A stretch of DNA of 64,000 nucleotides, from positions 780,138 to 844,137 of the forward strand of contig CAWCFX010000006.1 in the NCBI GenBank assembly GCA_963795085.1, given 5' to 3'. The notes under the pieces were generated by a model that saw nothing but the letters and a program-made list of their open reading frames with translations, did not search any database and had not been told where the DNA came from. The position numbers and the translations under genes are program-made. Below are positions 28,707-38,892 of this stretch, piece after piece. This DNA is from an uncultured Gemmatimonadales bacterium (GTDB taxonomy: Bacteria > Gemmatimonadota > Gemmatimonadetes > Gemmatimonadales > GWC2-71-9). Every line of letters begins with the position of its first letter. Position 1 is the stretch's first letter.

Positions 28707-29459
28707 TCAGCTCACGTCCGGCTCCCGGGCCGACCCGGCGCCCGACTGAAGAATCCGGCCCAGCTCGGCTTCGTCGGTCAGGTCGAGCCGGAGGGGGGTT
28801 ACGGACGTGAGGTTGTTCTGCATGGCCCAGCGGTCGGTGCCCGCTTCGGTTTCTTCGATGGCGCGGACGGTGAACCAGAAGTGCTTGCGGCCCACGGGGT
28901 CCTCGCCCGGGATCACCAATCCATCGTAGTGCCGGACCGATTGCCGGGTCCAGATGATGCCCTCCGGCTCCCGCGGAATGTTTACGTTGAGGAGCACCGG
29001 CATCCCCGGCTGCAGGAGCAGGTCCAGCGCCGCCTTGATGTGGGGCCGGAGTTTCTTGAAATCGGCTCCTTTCCCGCCGGCCGGCGTGCTGAACGCGATC
29101 CCCCGGGTACCCAGGAGCACCGCCTGCTTGGCGGCGGCGAGGGTCCCGGAGTGCCAGGTCGCGTTCCCGATGTTGGGTCCCAGGTTGATCCCCGAGAGGA
29201 CCACGTCCACCTTCTCCCAGTTATGGGTTCCCAGGGCCACGCAGTCGGCCGGGGTGCCGTTAACGCGGAATCCTTCCATGTCCTCCACGACGATCGGCCG
29301 GTACCAGAGCGGCCGCGTTGACGTGATGCTGTGGCTCGACGAAGATTGTTCGACGTCCGGCGCGACCACCCGGACTTCGCCGAACTCCGCCGCCGCCTGG
29401 GCGAGGGCCCGGAGCCCCGGACTGTAGATGCCGTCGTCGTTGGTTACCAGTATGCGCAT
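28707..29459 (-). CDS. surE: 5'/3'-nucleotidase SurE
   Basis: ILVTNDDG, GTPADCV, SGINLG, SGT, SVTPL. Confidence 0.95.
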   Translation of the reverse strand: MRILVTNDDGIYSPGLRALAQAAAEFGEVRVVAPDVEQSSSSHSITSTRPLWYRPIVVEDMEGFRVNGTPADCVALGTHNWEKVDVVLSGINLGPNIGNATWHSGTLAAAKQAVLLGTRGIAFSTPAGGKGADFKKLRPHIKAALDLLLQPGMPVLLNVNIPREPEGIIWTRQSVRHYDGLVIPGEDPVGRKHFWFTVRAIEETEAGTDRWAMQNNLTSVTPLRLDLTDEAELGRILQSGAGSAREPDVS

Positions 29460-29485
29460 ATCTCTCTCACGATTGCTGTCACTGC

Positions 29486-30376
29486 ATGCGAGTCATCCTG
29501 ATCTATAATAGCAAGGCCGGCGATGACAACCGGGGCGCGGAAATGCTGGCGCTGGTCCAGGCGGCAGGGCACCAGGTCCGGGCCATCGATAAAAAGGCCG
29601 ATTTCAGCGAGTCGCTCCGCGGCCCCGCCGACCTGGTGGTCGCGGCGGGCGGAGACGGCACGGTCGCCAAGGTAGCCCGCCACATGGTGGGATCGGACAT
29701 TCCCTTCACCCTGCTCCCCATCGGCACCGCCAATAATCTCGCCTTCTCGCTGGGACTGGACGGCGACCCCGAATTGCTGATCGCCGGGTGGAACCATGCC
29801 GTCGTCCGGCCCATGGACGCGGTGATCACCGAACACCCGGAAGGCAAGACCGTGTTGTTCGAGAGCGCCGGGGTGGGCCTCTTCACGGAGGCCATGTGCC
29901 ACGCGACCAGCCGGGAGCACGGGGAGGAAACCCGGTCCGCGGAGGAGCGTTTCGCGCGCGACTTTCGATTCCTCCGCCGGCTGGCCGGCACCCTGGAACC
30001 GGTGCCCTGCACCGTCACGGTGGACGGCGAGACCACCCGGGAACCGGTGCTGCTCCTCGAGATCATGAACTCCCGACAGATCGGCTCCCGCGTTCTCTTC
30101 GCGCCCCGGGCGGACATGGCGGACGGCGAGCTCGACCTGGTGCTCGTCACCGAGCGGGACCGCGCGCTGCTCCAGACTTTCCTGGACCGGGGGCCCCTTG
30201 ATGACTACCCGCCACACCTGCCGGTCCGCCGTGGCACTCACGTCCGGGTATCCGGAACTGGCGGCAGGATTCACCTCGGCGACGACATCGTCCGGATAGC
30301 AGGAAGCGATGAACCGTGGACGCTGGACGCGCGCATCCACCCCGGCGCGGTCCGGCTCCTCGTTCCGGCAACCTGA
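29486..30376 (+). CDS. Diacylglycerol/lipid kinase family protein
   Basis: GGDGT, PIGTANNLA, DGELD. Confidence 0.9.
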   Translation: MRVILIYNSKAGDDNRGAEMLALVQAAGHQVRAIDKKADFSESLRGPADLVVAAGGDGTVAKVARHMVGSDIPFTLLPIGTANNLAFSLGLDGDPELLIAGWNHAVVRPMDAVITEHPEGKTVLFESAGVGLFTEAMCHATSREHGEETRSAEERFARDFRFLRRLAGTLEPVPCTVTVDGETTREPVLLLEIMNSRQIGSRVLFAPRADMADGELDLVLVTERDRALLQTFLDRGPLDDYPPHLPVRRGTHVRVSGTGGRIHLGDDIVRIAGSDEPWTLDARIHPGAVRLLVPAT

Positions 30377-30507
30377 TATTGTCCGGCCGCACCGGCGGCG
30401 GAGAGCCGTAAAGACGGTCACGATCGGTGGGAAGTGCGAAGTGAGTGACCGTGGCGGCCGACCGGGGAAGTCACCCGTTACCTGTCACGGGGTCGGGGCA
30501 CCGATCT

Positions 30508-31413
30508 TCAGGCCAGGTGGCTCCTGAGCAGCTCCCGGAACGAGTCGGGCCCGATCACCTGGGCCTCGGCGCCATACTGCAGGACGTGGCGTACCAGCCA
30601 CTCCGGGCTGGCTACCTGGTAGGTCACCACCACACCGCCATCAGCCGCCACCACCGCATCGGGATGGCGCTCCCGAATCCACCGGGCAATCGCCGGTGAG
30701 AACCGGACCTGGACGGGGGTCGTGCCGTCCGCCGGCGGATGAAACGAGCCGGACGGCGGCGTGAAGTCGGGGCGCGGCGTATAATAGCCTTCCATGACCA
30801 GGGCATCGAGCACCCGGTCGGCCCGAAAATGGCGCCAGCCGTTCGCCAGTTCGCACCATGCCACGATGTAGGTGTGTCCGCCGTCTTCCAGCACCTGGTA
30901 GGGATGGATGACCCGGTTGATCCCGCCAATGCTGCGCTCGCCGGTGTAGCGGATCTCGACCTTGCGGCGGTCGGTGATCGCCCGGCGGACCAGGGTGCTG
31001 ACCGGCGGGATGACCCGGCCTCCGCCTTGAAGGGCCTGGGGTGGCCGCTCCGACGTGAGCAGGAGACTGGCCAGGGCGCTGCTCAGCGCCGGCGCCCCTT
31101 CTTCCGCCAGCAACCCCATCTGGACCGCGACCAGCTCATCCCGGGTGAACCGGATCGGCCGGCGAAAGGGGCCGCCACTCCGAAGCGAAATCCGGTCGCC
31201 CTCCTGGAAGGCGCTGAGGGAGAGGAGCCAGTCGGCGTCGGAGTCGTCGCCCAGCCTGGTCATGGCCCGGACGTCCGCCTCGATCTGCCGGCGGGTGGTG
31301 CCGAAGCGCTCGGCCAGTTCGGCAATCGGGGTATCCTCCTCGCCGCGCTGACTCCGCCGGGTCAGCTCCGCGACCAGGCTGACGATCCGGTTGACCTGCT
31401 CCGCCGAGCTCAC
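30508..31413 (-). CDS. PafC-like HTH-WYL-WCX regulator
   Basis: N-terminal HTH (IAELAERFGTT..QIEAD), RPIRFT, YIVAWCE...RHFRADRV, VLQYG.EA. Confidence 0.88.
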   Translation of the reverse strand: MSSAEQVNRIVSLVAELTRRSQRGEEDTPIAELAERFGTTRRQIEADVRAMTRLGDDSDADWLLSLSAFQEGDRISLRSGGPFRRPIRFTRDELVAVQMGLLAEEGAPALSSALASLLLTSERPPQALQGGGRVIPPVSTLVRRAITDRRKVEIRYTGERSIGGINRVIHPYQVLEDGGHTYIVAWCELANGWRHFRADRVLDALVMEGYYTPRPDFTPPSGSFHPPADGTTPVQVRFSPAIARWIRERHPDAVVAADGGVVVTYQVASPEWLVRHVLQYGAEAQVIGPDSFRELLRSHLA

Positions 31414-31422
31414 CGGTGTGCC

Positions 31423-32499
31423 TCAGGCATAGAGCTGAGCGACCTGGCCACGCAATGCTTCCAGTTCAACGCGGGTCTCCTGGGGTGAAAGGACGTCGGC
31501 CTGCCGGCGGAAGGTGAGCAGCCACCGGAGAAAGGGATGCAGGTCCTGCACGCTGAAATCGATGATCGCGCCGCCGTCGTCCAGCATCGGCTCGACCGGT
31601 TCTCCCAGGTCCTGGGCCATGACCCAGCGAGACTCGGGGAAGGCGAAGCGCACCCGGACCCGGGTGGGCTGCCCGCCGGAGAGCTGCCAGGGCGCCCGCC
31701 CCAGGTAGGCCCGGATCGAGAAGTCGGCGGGGACGGTAAAGCGGGCCTGCTTGCCTTTTTGCAGGGCGGTCTGGCGCATGCGGTCCACCCGGAACACCCG
31801 GAGTGCGTCGCGGTCCCGGGCGCGGCCCACGCAATACCAGCGGCCCCAATTGAAAAAGAGCCCGAAGGGTTCGATATCCCGCGGTTCCTCCCGGTTGCGC
31901 CCGATCGAGTGGTAACTGCAGGTCACCGCGTTCCGCTCAGCCACCGCCTGCTGCAGCACCTCGAGGGAGCGGGTGGTTTCCCCGCCGGTCGCCGCGGCCA
32001 GTACCCGCTCCACCGCGGCCTGGGGCAGCGGCAGGTCGAACTCCAGTTTGCGCCGGGCCGATGCGGCCGCGGATCCAATCGGCGATTCAGCCCGCTGCGC
32101 CACCAGCTGGGTGGCCCGGTCCAGCACTTCGAGATCCCCGGGCGACACCGGTACCCGGGCCAGGCCCTGGTAAAGCTGTTCCGGTATCCCCGACTGGTGA
32201 AGCTCGAGATACGGGAGGTAGAACGAACCGGGCGAGAGACGGTACCCGGTGGCCGGCTCATCCCCCTGGGCATCGGGGATCGGCACGGTTTCGATGCTGA
32301 TGCCCAGTCCGCGGAGCTCGTCCTTGTCGCGCTCGAACATTCGGCGGGTGATCTCTCCTCCCTTTCCCCCCGGCACGTCCTCCTCGTCCTCCTCGTACCC
32401 ATGCACGCTCCGGTAGATGTCGGCCCGGCTCACCGGGAACCGGTGTTGCAGCAGGTAGGCAATGAGATCGAGCCAGCGGGCGGTCTTGGCAGCGCTCAT
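31423..32499 (-). CDS. PafB-like HTH-WYL-WCX regulator
   Basis: RMFERDKDELRGLGI (PafB signature), GYRL, WYCVG...RVFRVDRM. Confidence 0.9.
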   Translation of the reverse strand: MSAAKTARWLDLIAYLLQHRFPVSRADIYRSVHGYEEDEEDVPGGKGGEITRRMFERDKDELRGLGISIETVPIPDAQGDEPATGYRLSPGSFYLPYLELHQSGIPEQLYQGLARVPVSPGDLEVLDRATQLVAQRAESPIGSAAASARRKLEFDLPLPQAAVERVLAAATGGETTRSLEVLQQAVAERNAVTCSYHSIGRNREEPRDIEPFGLFFNWGRWYCVGRARDRDALRVFRVDRMRQTALQKGKQARFTVPADFSIRAYLGRAPWQLSGGQPTRVRVRFAFPESRWVMAQDLGEPVEPMLDDGGAIIDFSVQDLHPFLRWLLTFRRQADVLSPQETRVELEALRGQVAQLYA

Positions 32500-32708
32500 G
32501 GAAAAGTCCTCGCGGGCCTGGGAGGTCGCGACGTTAGATCCGCAAAAACCCGAGATCGCGGCCCGCCCAGCACCGACCGGCGGGCAAGCCGGCTCAGGTG
32601 CGGACAGGCGAGAACGTTGCTCAGGTCGGTCGCCGAATTGACCAGGACGCCATCACGTGGATGCATGCGATTCCAGTATGGCGCGGGAATGCCCGGCGCG
32701 GGAGGGGG

Positions 32709-33977
32709 TCAATCGCTCCGCCGCTTCCGGCGGATCACCTTCCCGTACTGCTGCTTTGATTCCAGCGCCGCCAGGGATTGGGCCCAGAAGTATTTCCGGT
32801 CACTCGGGCCGAAGCGCCCCGCTTCGAGGTCGGCAGCTTCGGCCTCGAGGTCGCGCTGCGTCTCCCGGAGATCGTCATCGAGCTGGATCTGGCAGAACCT
32901 CTCCACCACCGAGCGAAGGGTCCGGGCCGCGTCGGCATGGTCGCCATGATCGGCCTGCTTGAGCGCCGCCTCCCGGGCCCGGGCGACCTCGAACCGAAGG
33001 AAACTGCTCTCGACCACGGGGTCGAGGTGGCTGGCGCCGTCCAGCAGGGCCTGGATCGGCATGGTGATCGTCCGGTGCTCGATGCCGTCGGGTTCGATGA
33101 CCTGGGCTTCCACCCGTACCTGGGCCACCTGCACGGGGCCCAGGTCGGTCACGTTCTCCGCATGCACGACGATCCCCAGTGACTGGGGAGACGACCCGTA
33201 GAGGTCGCCCAGCGGGGCCCGCCAGGCGCCTTCCGCTGTCCGGGTCACCGGCAGCGGCTGCAGGAAGGAGACGCCGGCCACCGAGGGATGGGTCGCCGTG
33301 ACTTCGACGCTCACGTTCTGGGCGGCCAGCGACACCAGGCCTTCGATTTCCTGGCCGAAGATGGCGCTCATCTGGCCAGTTTCCTCGACATACCAGAAGT
33401 TACCCCGGCCGGCGCGGGCCATGGCCATCAGCAGGTCTTCGTTGAAGCCTGGACCAAACCCGATGCAGGTGGTGCTGATCCGCTGGTCCGCCAGGTTCCC
33501 TGCCAGTCCGGCCAACTGCGCCGGGTCGGCGACTCCCGCGTTGGCCTGGCCATCGGTCAGCAGGACTACCCGGTTGGTGCCCTCCACCAGCCCGCTCCGG
33601 ACCAGCGACGTGCCCTCGAGCCAGCCCCCGGACAGGTTGGTGGTGCCCCCGGAAGTGACATGCCGGAGGGCCTGGATGGCGGCCTCCCTGCCGTCGGCGC
33701 CCAGGGTGCGGGCGGCAAAGAGCCGATTGACCTCGCCGTCAAATGTGACGATGGCCAGCCGGTCTCCCGGCAGCAGAAACCGGATGAACCACTCGGCGGC
33801 CTCCTTTGCGGCGGCCAGCGGCTCCCCACTCATGGAGCCCGACCGGTCCAGCACCAGCGCCACATTGATCGGGGGCCGGACCACCCGCGGTTCGGCGCTC
33901 AGGGTCACCAGGACTCCGACCTGGTGGGCGTTGGACATGGTCACGAACTGGGTGCTGACCTGGTGGGATACGTTCAC
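32709..33977 (-). CDS. vWA domain protein
   Basis: MIDAS DRSGS, GTTNL, LLTDGQAN, IGFG. Confidence 0.92.
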   Translation of the reverse strand: MNVSHQVSTQFVTMSNAHQVGVLVTLSAEPRVVRPPINVALVLDRSGSMSGEPLAAAKEAAEWFIRFLLPGDRLAIVTFDGEVNRLFAARTLGADGREAAIQALRHVTSGGTTNLSGGWLEGTSLVRSGLVEGTNRVVLLTDGQANAGVADPAQLAGLAGNLADQRISTTCIGFGPGFNEDLLMAMARAGRGNFWYVEETGQMSAIFGQEIEGLVSLAAQNVSVEVTATHPSVAGVSFLQPLPVTRTAEGAWRAPLGDLYGSSPQSLGIVVHAENVTDLGPVQVAQVRVEAQVIEPDGIEHRTITMPIQALLDGASHLDPVVESSFLRFEVARAREAALKQADHGDHADAARTLRSVVERFCQIQLDDDLRETQRDLEAEAADLEAGRFGPSDRKYFWAQSLAALESKQQYGKVIRRKRRSD

Positions 33978-34004
33978 GGCACGGCTCCGGTAATGGGTGA
34001 GGAC

Positions 34005-34026
34005 AGGCTACCGGAGGGGTGTGACA
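34005..34026 (-). promoter_or_regulatory. PafBC-type promoter (-26/-10)
   Basis: TGTCAC-ACCCCTCCGG-TAGCCT, about 28 nt upstream of the vWA GTG. Confidence 0.65.
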
Positions 34027-34059
34027 TTTGAGTGAGTACGGGGGTAGGTGCAGGCTCAA

Positions 34060-34560
34060 GGATTCCAGGACAGGTTCGATCGCAGGCCAGCTCCCCATGC
34101 GGCCTCGGTCCGGTGGATCCACCATTGTTCGAGGACGCGGGGAGTACGGAATTCGGCTGGTCATGGGGAACGAGCAGAAACGCTCCAGCAGGACGACGCG
34201 CAACCCGGCCTTGGCGGCGAGCGATTGTATCTGGCCCGAGGCATTGGCCCGGGAGTAGGTTCGGAAGACGTGCCCATGGGCCCGCCCCTCCGCTGCATGG
34301 GCGACCCAGGAGCGCCAGGACGGGTGAAGCAGGATGGACATGGCAGGACCACCGGGTGGCCTCGGTGGGCGTGCCGAAAGACGAACTTCCGCCCGGGGCG
34401 CCAGTACTCGAGCTACCTCGCCGAGAACCAGAGCCGGATCCCGAAGGTGCTCGAGGACCATGTTGGCGGTCACCACGTCAAAGGATCCGTCGGGGAAGGG
34501 GAGGCTATCGCCGGTGCCCCCACCCGGTGTGTGAGATTCGGAGTCGCCGAAGGTGATGAA
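34060..34560 (-). pseudogene. Degraded class I SAM methyltransferase (bounds approximate)
   Basis: LPFPDGSFDVVTANMVLEHLRDP..VLGEVARVLAP is present; the frame is disrupted afterwards and motif I is missing. Confidence 0.65.
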
Positions 34561-34895
34561 CCACCATGTCGCAGCCAACCAGATAGCGCGCCGATCACTG
34601 GGTTAGCCCTTCGGGCGAAGGACCGGCCAGCCCCCATGCAGCCTGGCGCCGGCGCCCAGGTCGAGCCAGCGGCAGCCTGAAACCACGGTGCCGCCCAACG
34701 CACGGGCGGTACCGATTCTGGTATATTCCCTGGTTTCTCCCGGTGGTCTGGAGAGAATAATCGAGGCTCTGGGGTGTGACAGTAGGCGGGAGCCCGCAAT
34801 CCAGGAGGCGATTTGAGGGGAGCCGACCCCCGAAACGCCCCACATGCGATTAAGTTGCTTCTATTCACCCACTTCCCTTCCCCCTGGCAGGCCCA

Positions 34896-35294
34896 ATGGC
34901 GAAGAAATCCAGCGCGGCGCGCAAGCTCTCCGGCAGCTCCGAACGGTCGCTTACCGACCGGGTCCAGGAGCGCCTGGCCGAAGCGGGCGAGGCCATCGAC
35001 CGGACCCGTAGCAAGTCCGCCCGAGGGCGCAAGACGAGCAAACTGGGCCATACCAGGCTGGGGATGAGCACGGGCGGGCCCAAGGAGAATGCGGACGCGT
35101 TGCGGGAGACCCGGTCACTGCACCGGGTTTACCGGGAGCTGCGGGGGACCTACCGGAAGCACCGCCGGGACACCGGCCAGGCAGCGCTCCCCGAACTCCG
35201 GGAAGCCGTCCATGCCTACAAGAAGGGGCCGACCGTCGCCGGCCTCGTCGCGGTCGCCGCGTTTCTAGACGAGCGGGGCCTGCTGGAGTGGTGA
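34896..35294 (+). CDS. Hypothetical basic protein
   Basis: 132-aa ORF ending VAAFLDERGLLEW. Confidence 0.75.
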   Translation: MAKKSSAARKLSGSSERSLTDRVQERLAEAGEAIDRTRSKSARGRKTSKLGHTRLGMSTGGPKENADALRETRSLHRVYRELRGTYRKHRRDTGQAALPELREAVHAYKKGPTVAGLVAVAAFLDERGLLEW

Positions 35295-35298
35295 TGTA

Positions 35299-35416
35299 AA
35301 TTGAGGGAATGGGGAAATTGAGGGAATGTTGGAATTGAGGGAATGGGGAAATTGAGGGAATCTCAATGCTTCTCCCGATTCCACAATTCCCTCAATTCCA
35401 ACATTCCCTCAATCCT
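35299..35416. repeat. Nonamer-armed hairpin (GGAATTGAG/GGAATG-- units)
   Basis: A G-rich array followed by its reverse complement, between convergent genes; same family as 57500-57981. Confidence 0.9.
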
Positions 35417-35875
35417 TTATCTCACCGGCGTCAGCGACGCCCGGACCAGCTTCCACTCGTTCATTCCGCGGCGTAACACCACCACATAGCGGCTCACCAT
35501 TTCACCGCCGCCGGCCGGGTGCATCTTGACCACGCCGATGTCCACGGCCGTGTTGCCGTAGATCTGCATATCATCCGATTCGATCACCAGGTGCGGGAAC
35601 TGGCTGGCGTCCCCCAGGAACGACCGGACCCCGGCCGCGCCGGAGATCATGGCTCCCATGTCCGTCACGATAACCGCATCATCCGCGTACATGGCGACGA
35701 CGGCGTCGGCGTTCTTCTTGTTGTAGGAATCGGCGTACTGGGCCCGGAAGCGGGTCAGCTCCGTCATTTTGGTCTGGAGGGGAATCCGGGGTTCTTCGAT
35801 CTGGGCACTGGCCAGGGAGGGCGCCAGCAGCAGCGCCAGGAGGAGCGCGGACATCCGGCGAGGGGTAACTCGCAT
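35417..35875 (-). CDS. DUF4440/NTF2-like secreted protein
   Basis: Signal peptide, YADDA, GNTAVDIG, RYVVVLRR...WKL. Confidence 0.8.
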   Translation of the reverse strand: MRVTPRRMSALLLALLLAPSLASAQIEEPRIPLQTKMTELTRFRAQYADSYNKKNADAVVAMYADDAVIVTDMGAMISGAAGVRSFLGDASQFPHLVIESDDMQIYGNTAVDIGVVKMHPAGGGEMVSRYVVVLRRGMNEWKLVRASLTPVR

Positions 35876-35941
35876 GGGTCACCTCGGGTTGGGGATCCTT
35901 TTCTTATACTATCGGGTACCGGAACGCGCTAGGGGAGGCGC

Positions 35942-37519
35942 TCACGGCTTCTCCACCATGGCTCCGTTTCGCATCACAAAGTCGATCGCGGTCGTGTTCC
36001 GGATGTCCGCCAGCGGGTCTTTGGTCAGCACCACCAGGTCCGCCCGCATACCTGGGGCGATCATCCCCGCTTCTGATTCAATGCCAATGCCACGAGCGGC
36101 GTTTCGGGTGGCCGCCAGGATGGCCTCGTGCGGGGTGAGGCCGGCCAGCCGCACCAGGAGCTCCAGTTCGCGGTGCAGGTTCGGCAGGGTACCCGGGGGC
36201 GCGGGCGGACCTCCATCGATCCCAATGATCCCGTCGGTGCCCGCGACCAGGGTAATCCCGCGCCGGTGCAGCTCCCGGGTCAGCAACCCGGCCCAGCGGG
36301 TGGGTGGCGAGGTGCTGTCCCGGTTGGCGAACACGAAGAGGGTAGGTTCCACGATCGTGGCCTTCGCCGCCATGGCGTCCAGCAGCCGGCGCAGGGCGGG
36401 GTCGGTCATTGCAATGCTGTCATACTTCGCCCGGTAGCGCTCCAGGTAAGTCGCGGACGAAGTATCCGCCTCCCGCGCCAGCAGCGGAGCATGGGACAGC
36501 ACGTCCACCCCGGCGGCCACCATGTCCCGCGGGCGGGCTGGAATCGGGGCGGCGTGCGCCCACACCTTGAGACCCTGCCGATGGGCCTCCGCCACCAGCG
36601 GCGCCATCACCTCCGCGCCCACGGCCGCATACACCTTGATCCCGGTAGCCCCGGTGCCTCGGGCCTCCGCCATCACCTGCCGCCAGTCGGACTCCGCCGT
36701 CACCGCCCGCGCCCACGGCGCCGCGCCGGGTTTCTCGCCCCGGCTGGAGGAGAGCACCCGGGGATCGGCAAAGAACTCGGGCCCGGCGAGGATCGCCGAG
36801 TAGTAGATGTAGGGGGAGACGATATCGCCGACCCGGGCGGCGCGGGCCAGGTCGGCCAGCGCCCGGGCGTCGCCTGCCATGTCGCGCACCGACGTCACCC
36901 CGCCCTGGAGCGCCATCCGGAGCCGGTCCTCCACCAGCCGCCTGGCGTCTCCGCCGCTCGGGTCGGTGGCCAGGTGGACATGAGTGTCGATCAAGCCGGG
37001 AATCAGGTAGCGGCCGGGCAGGCCGCGGCCCGTCGTGCCGGGTGGCAACGGCCGGCTCCCGTCGGCGAACAGGTCCACAATCTTCCCATCGGCGATCACC
37101 ACGGTCATGCCGCTTCGGGGCGGCGAGCCGGTGCCGTCGATCAGTGTGACGCCGGTAAACGCCATCCGGCCCGCTGCCTCCGCCATCCAGGGCCGGCCCG
37201 GGATCGCGCCCCGACGGCCGGGACAGGAATCGGTGACCAGGGTAAAGGTCAGCGCGGTATCGCTCCGCTGCCAGAGGTACCGGCCGGCGGAGGCCGGGGT
37301 ACAGGCGATGGCGCCGGAGAGGTCCTGGAAGGTGATGGTGTCGGCCGACAGGCGGTATTCGCCGGTGACCGCCAGCTGCCCCCCACGGCTGATGCGGTAC
37401 CCCGCGGAATCGAATTCCAGAGTGATGGGACCGGCGGTGTATGATCCGGGTAGGCGGGACTGGGCCTGCAGAGAGAACGCGGCCAGGCCCGCAAGGCCGG
37501 CCAGCAGAATTGCACGCAT
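35942..37519 (-). CDS. Amidohydrolase family protein
   Basis: PGLIDTHVH, GVTSVRD, KVWAH, AGTD, ADLVVL.DPL. Confidence 0.92.
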   Translation of the reverse strand: MRAILLAGLAGLAAFSLQAQSRLPGSYTAGPITLEFDSAGYRISRGGQLAVTGEYRLSADTITFQDLSGAIACTPASAGRYLWQRSDTALTFTLVTDSCPGRRGAIPGRPWMAEAAGRMAFTGVTLIDGTGSPPRSGMTVVIADGKIVDLFADGSRPLPPGTTGRGLPGRYLIPGLIDTHVHLATDPSGGDARRLVEDRLRMALQGGVTSVRDMAGDARALADLARAARVGDIVSPYIYYSAILAGPEFFADPRVLSSSRGEKPGAAPWARAVTAESDWRQVMAEARGTGATGIKVYAAVGAEVMAPLVAEAHRQGLKVWAHAAPIPARPRDMVAAGVDVLSHAPLLAREADTSSATYLERYRAKYDSIAMTDPALRRLLDAMAAKATIVEPTLFVFANRDSTSPPTRWAGLLTRELHRRGITLVAGTDGIIGIDGGPPAPPGTLPNLHRELELLVRLAGLTPHEAILAATRNAARGIGIESEAGMIAPGMRADLVVLTKDPLADIRNTTAIDFVMRNGAMVEKP

Positions 37520-37552
37520 AGGCTCCCGCCGAAAGAGAAGAAATCCAGCCAA

Positions 37553-37630
37553 TACCCGGCACCCAAAATACCCGGCACCCAGTACCGGTGCTGAGGTACG
37601 GGGTGCCAGGTGTAGTGTACTGGGCTACTG
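37553..37630. repeat. Degenerate heptamer-armed hairpin
   Basis: ACCCGGC/ACCCAGT units, then the complementary GGGTGC/TACTGGG units. Confidence 0.55.
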
Positions 37631-37645
37631 AATGCCTGCTGCCAG

Positions 37646-37939
37646 TTAGACCAGGGTCGTCGCGGCGAGCTCGAAGTTCTCGACGCGCGGGGTGCCCTCG
37701 ATCACGCCGTCCAGCTTCTTGAGGACTTCCGGATAGGTAGACGCCTGATACTGCTCGGCGCTGCTACGGTCCTGCCACACGCTCAGTCCGATCGCTGAGT
37801 TGTCGTGGAACATCGCGAGCTCATGCTTGAAACCGGGCTGCTTTTTCATCACGGGCAGCACGTCGTTCTGCAGTACCCGGGTAAACTCCCGGCTCATGCC
37901 GGGCTTGATCTGGAAGGTCACGTTGCGAATATGGTTCAC
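37646..37939 (-). CDS. ABM-like small protein
   Basis: VTFQIKPG, VLPVMKKQPGF, SVWQD. Confidence 0.75.
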   Translation of the reverse strand: MNHIRNVTFQIKPGMSREFTRVLQNDVLPVMKKQPGFKHELAMFHDNSAIGLSVWQDRSSAEQYQASTYPEVLKKLDGVIEGTPRVENFELAATTLV

Positions 37940-38228
37940 GAAATATCCAATCTCCTCGCGGGCATCACCACCGTTCTCCGCTCCGCAGCGAGGCTCATCG
38001 CGGGTAGGCGGGGATTCCTCATACCGGTATGCACGGGAATCTCTTTCGGGGGGATCCTGAGACTCGGTCCGGGTTTACCCGGGAGTCCCTGTTCTTCAAC
38101 TGCTCTCAAGGTAACATATAACTCATTAAATGTCAATGGGTTACAAACCTACGTCTCAGGTCAATCTGGTACGCCGCCTGTGTAGTTGCAACTCGCCATT
38201 TGGCGCTTACACTCCGGGATGCACCCCC

Positions 38229-38756
38229 TTAGTCGCAGGAGGGCCGTTCCCAGTCCCCGTTGGCCGAGACGCGGAGCATGCCGCTCAAGGTCCGGGGTTC
38301 GCCGCCGACCTGAACGATATCCGCGATGAGCCACAGTTCCCCCTCGTTCGCGAGCCAGACCAGCCGGGGTCGAGACGGGCTGGCGGAGGCCAAGTCAATG
38401 TTGGCGTACCACAGGGGCGGGGGCTGATAGGACCCGTTGGTCCAGGAGGCCTGGACGGTGGTGTCGCCGGAGGCCACCCGCAGCAGGGTCACCGACGCGA
38501 TCTGCCGGCTGACACTCGAGGTGATGGCAACGCCGAGCACCCGGGAGTCGGTTGCCGTCTGCCCCCGCGATTCTGACAGGGTCACGACCGCCGTCGGGAC
38601 CTCGGTCAGCCCGGGACGGCTGTCGCGCAAGACTGTTTTGAGGTCCAGGTAGCGTAGTTCGTAGTTGCAGCGGCCGATGCCCAGAATACAGGCGGGCTGC
38701 AGCGCCAGGGCGAGGCTCAGTCCAGCCTGGGTAAGGATCCTGAAAGGCAGCGACAT
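38229..38756 (-). CDS. Hypothetical exported protein/lipoprotein
   Basis: Hydrophobic N-terminus followed by Cys. Confidence 0.6.
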   Translation of the reverse strand: MSLPFRILTQAGLSLALALQPACILGIGRCNYELRYLDLKTVLRDSRPGLTEVPTAVVTLSESRGQTATDSRVLGVAITSSVSRQIASVTLLRVASGDTTVQASWTNGSYQPPPLWYANIDLASASPSRPRLVWLANEGELWLIADIVQVGGEPRTLSGMLRVSANGDWERPSCD

Positions 38757-38892
38757 GCCTGATACTGGGGAGCACCCGTGGCTTATCCGTCCCCTGGCGG
38801 CGGGGATGGTCCGGGGTCAGCGAGTGACTGGTATCACCGTGTCGCGGCGGCAAACGTGGCAGGATAGGGGACCAACTCGAACGGAGGGTTTC

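Noticed and set aside
30508..33977. Known anti-phage defence system regulated by a WYL protein (BrxR/CapW type)
   Set aside because: The pair resembles PafB/PafC, and no nuclease, cyclase or other recognisable effector is adjacent.
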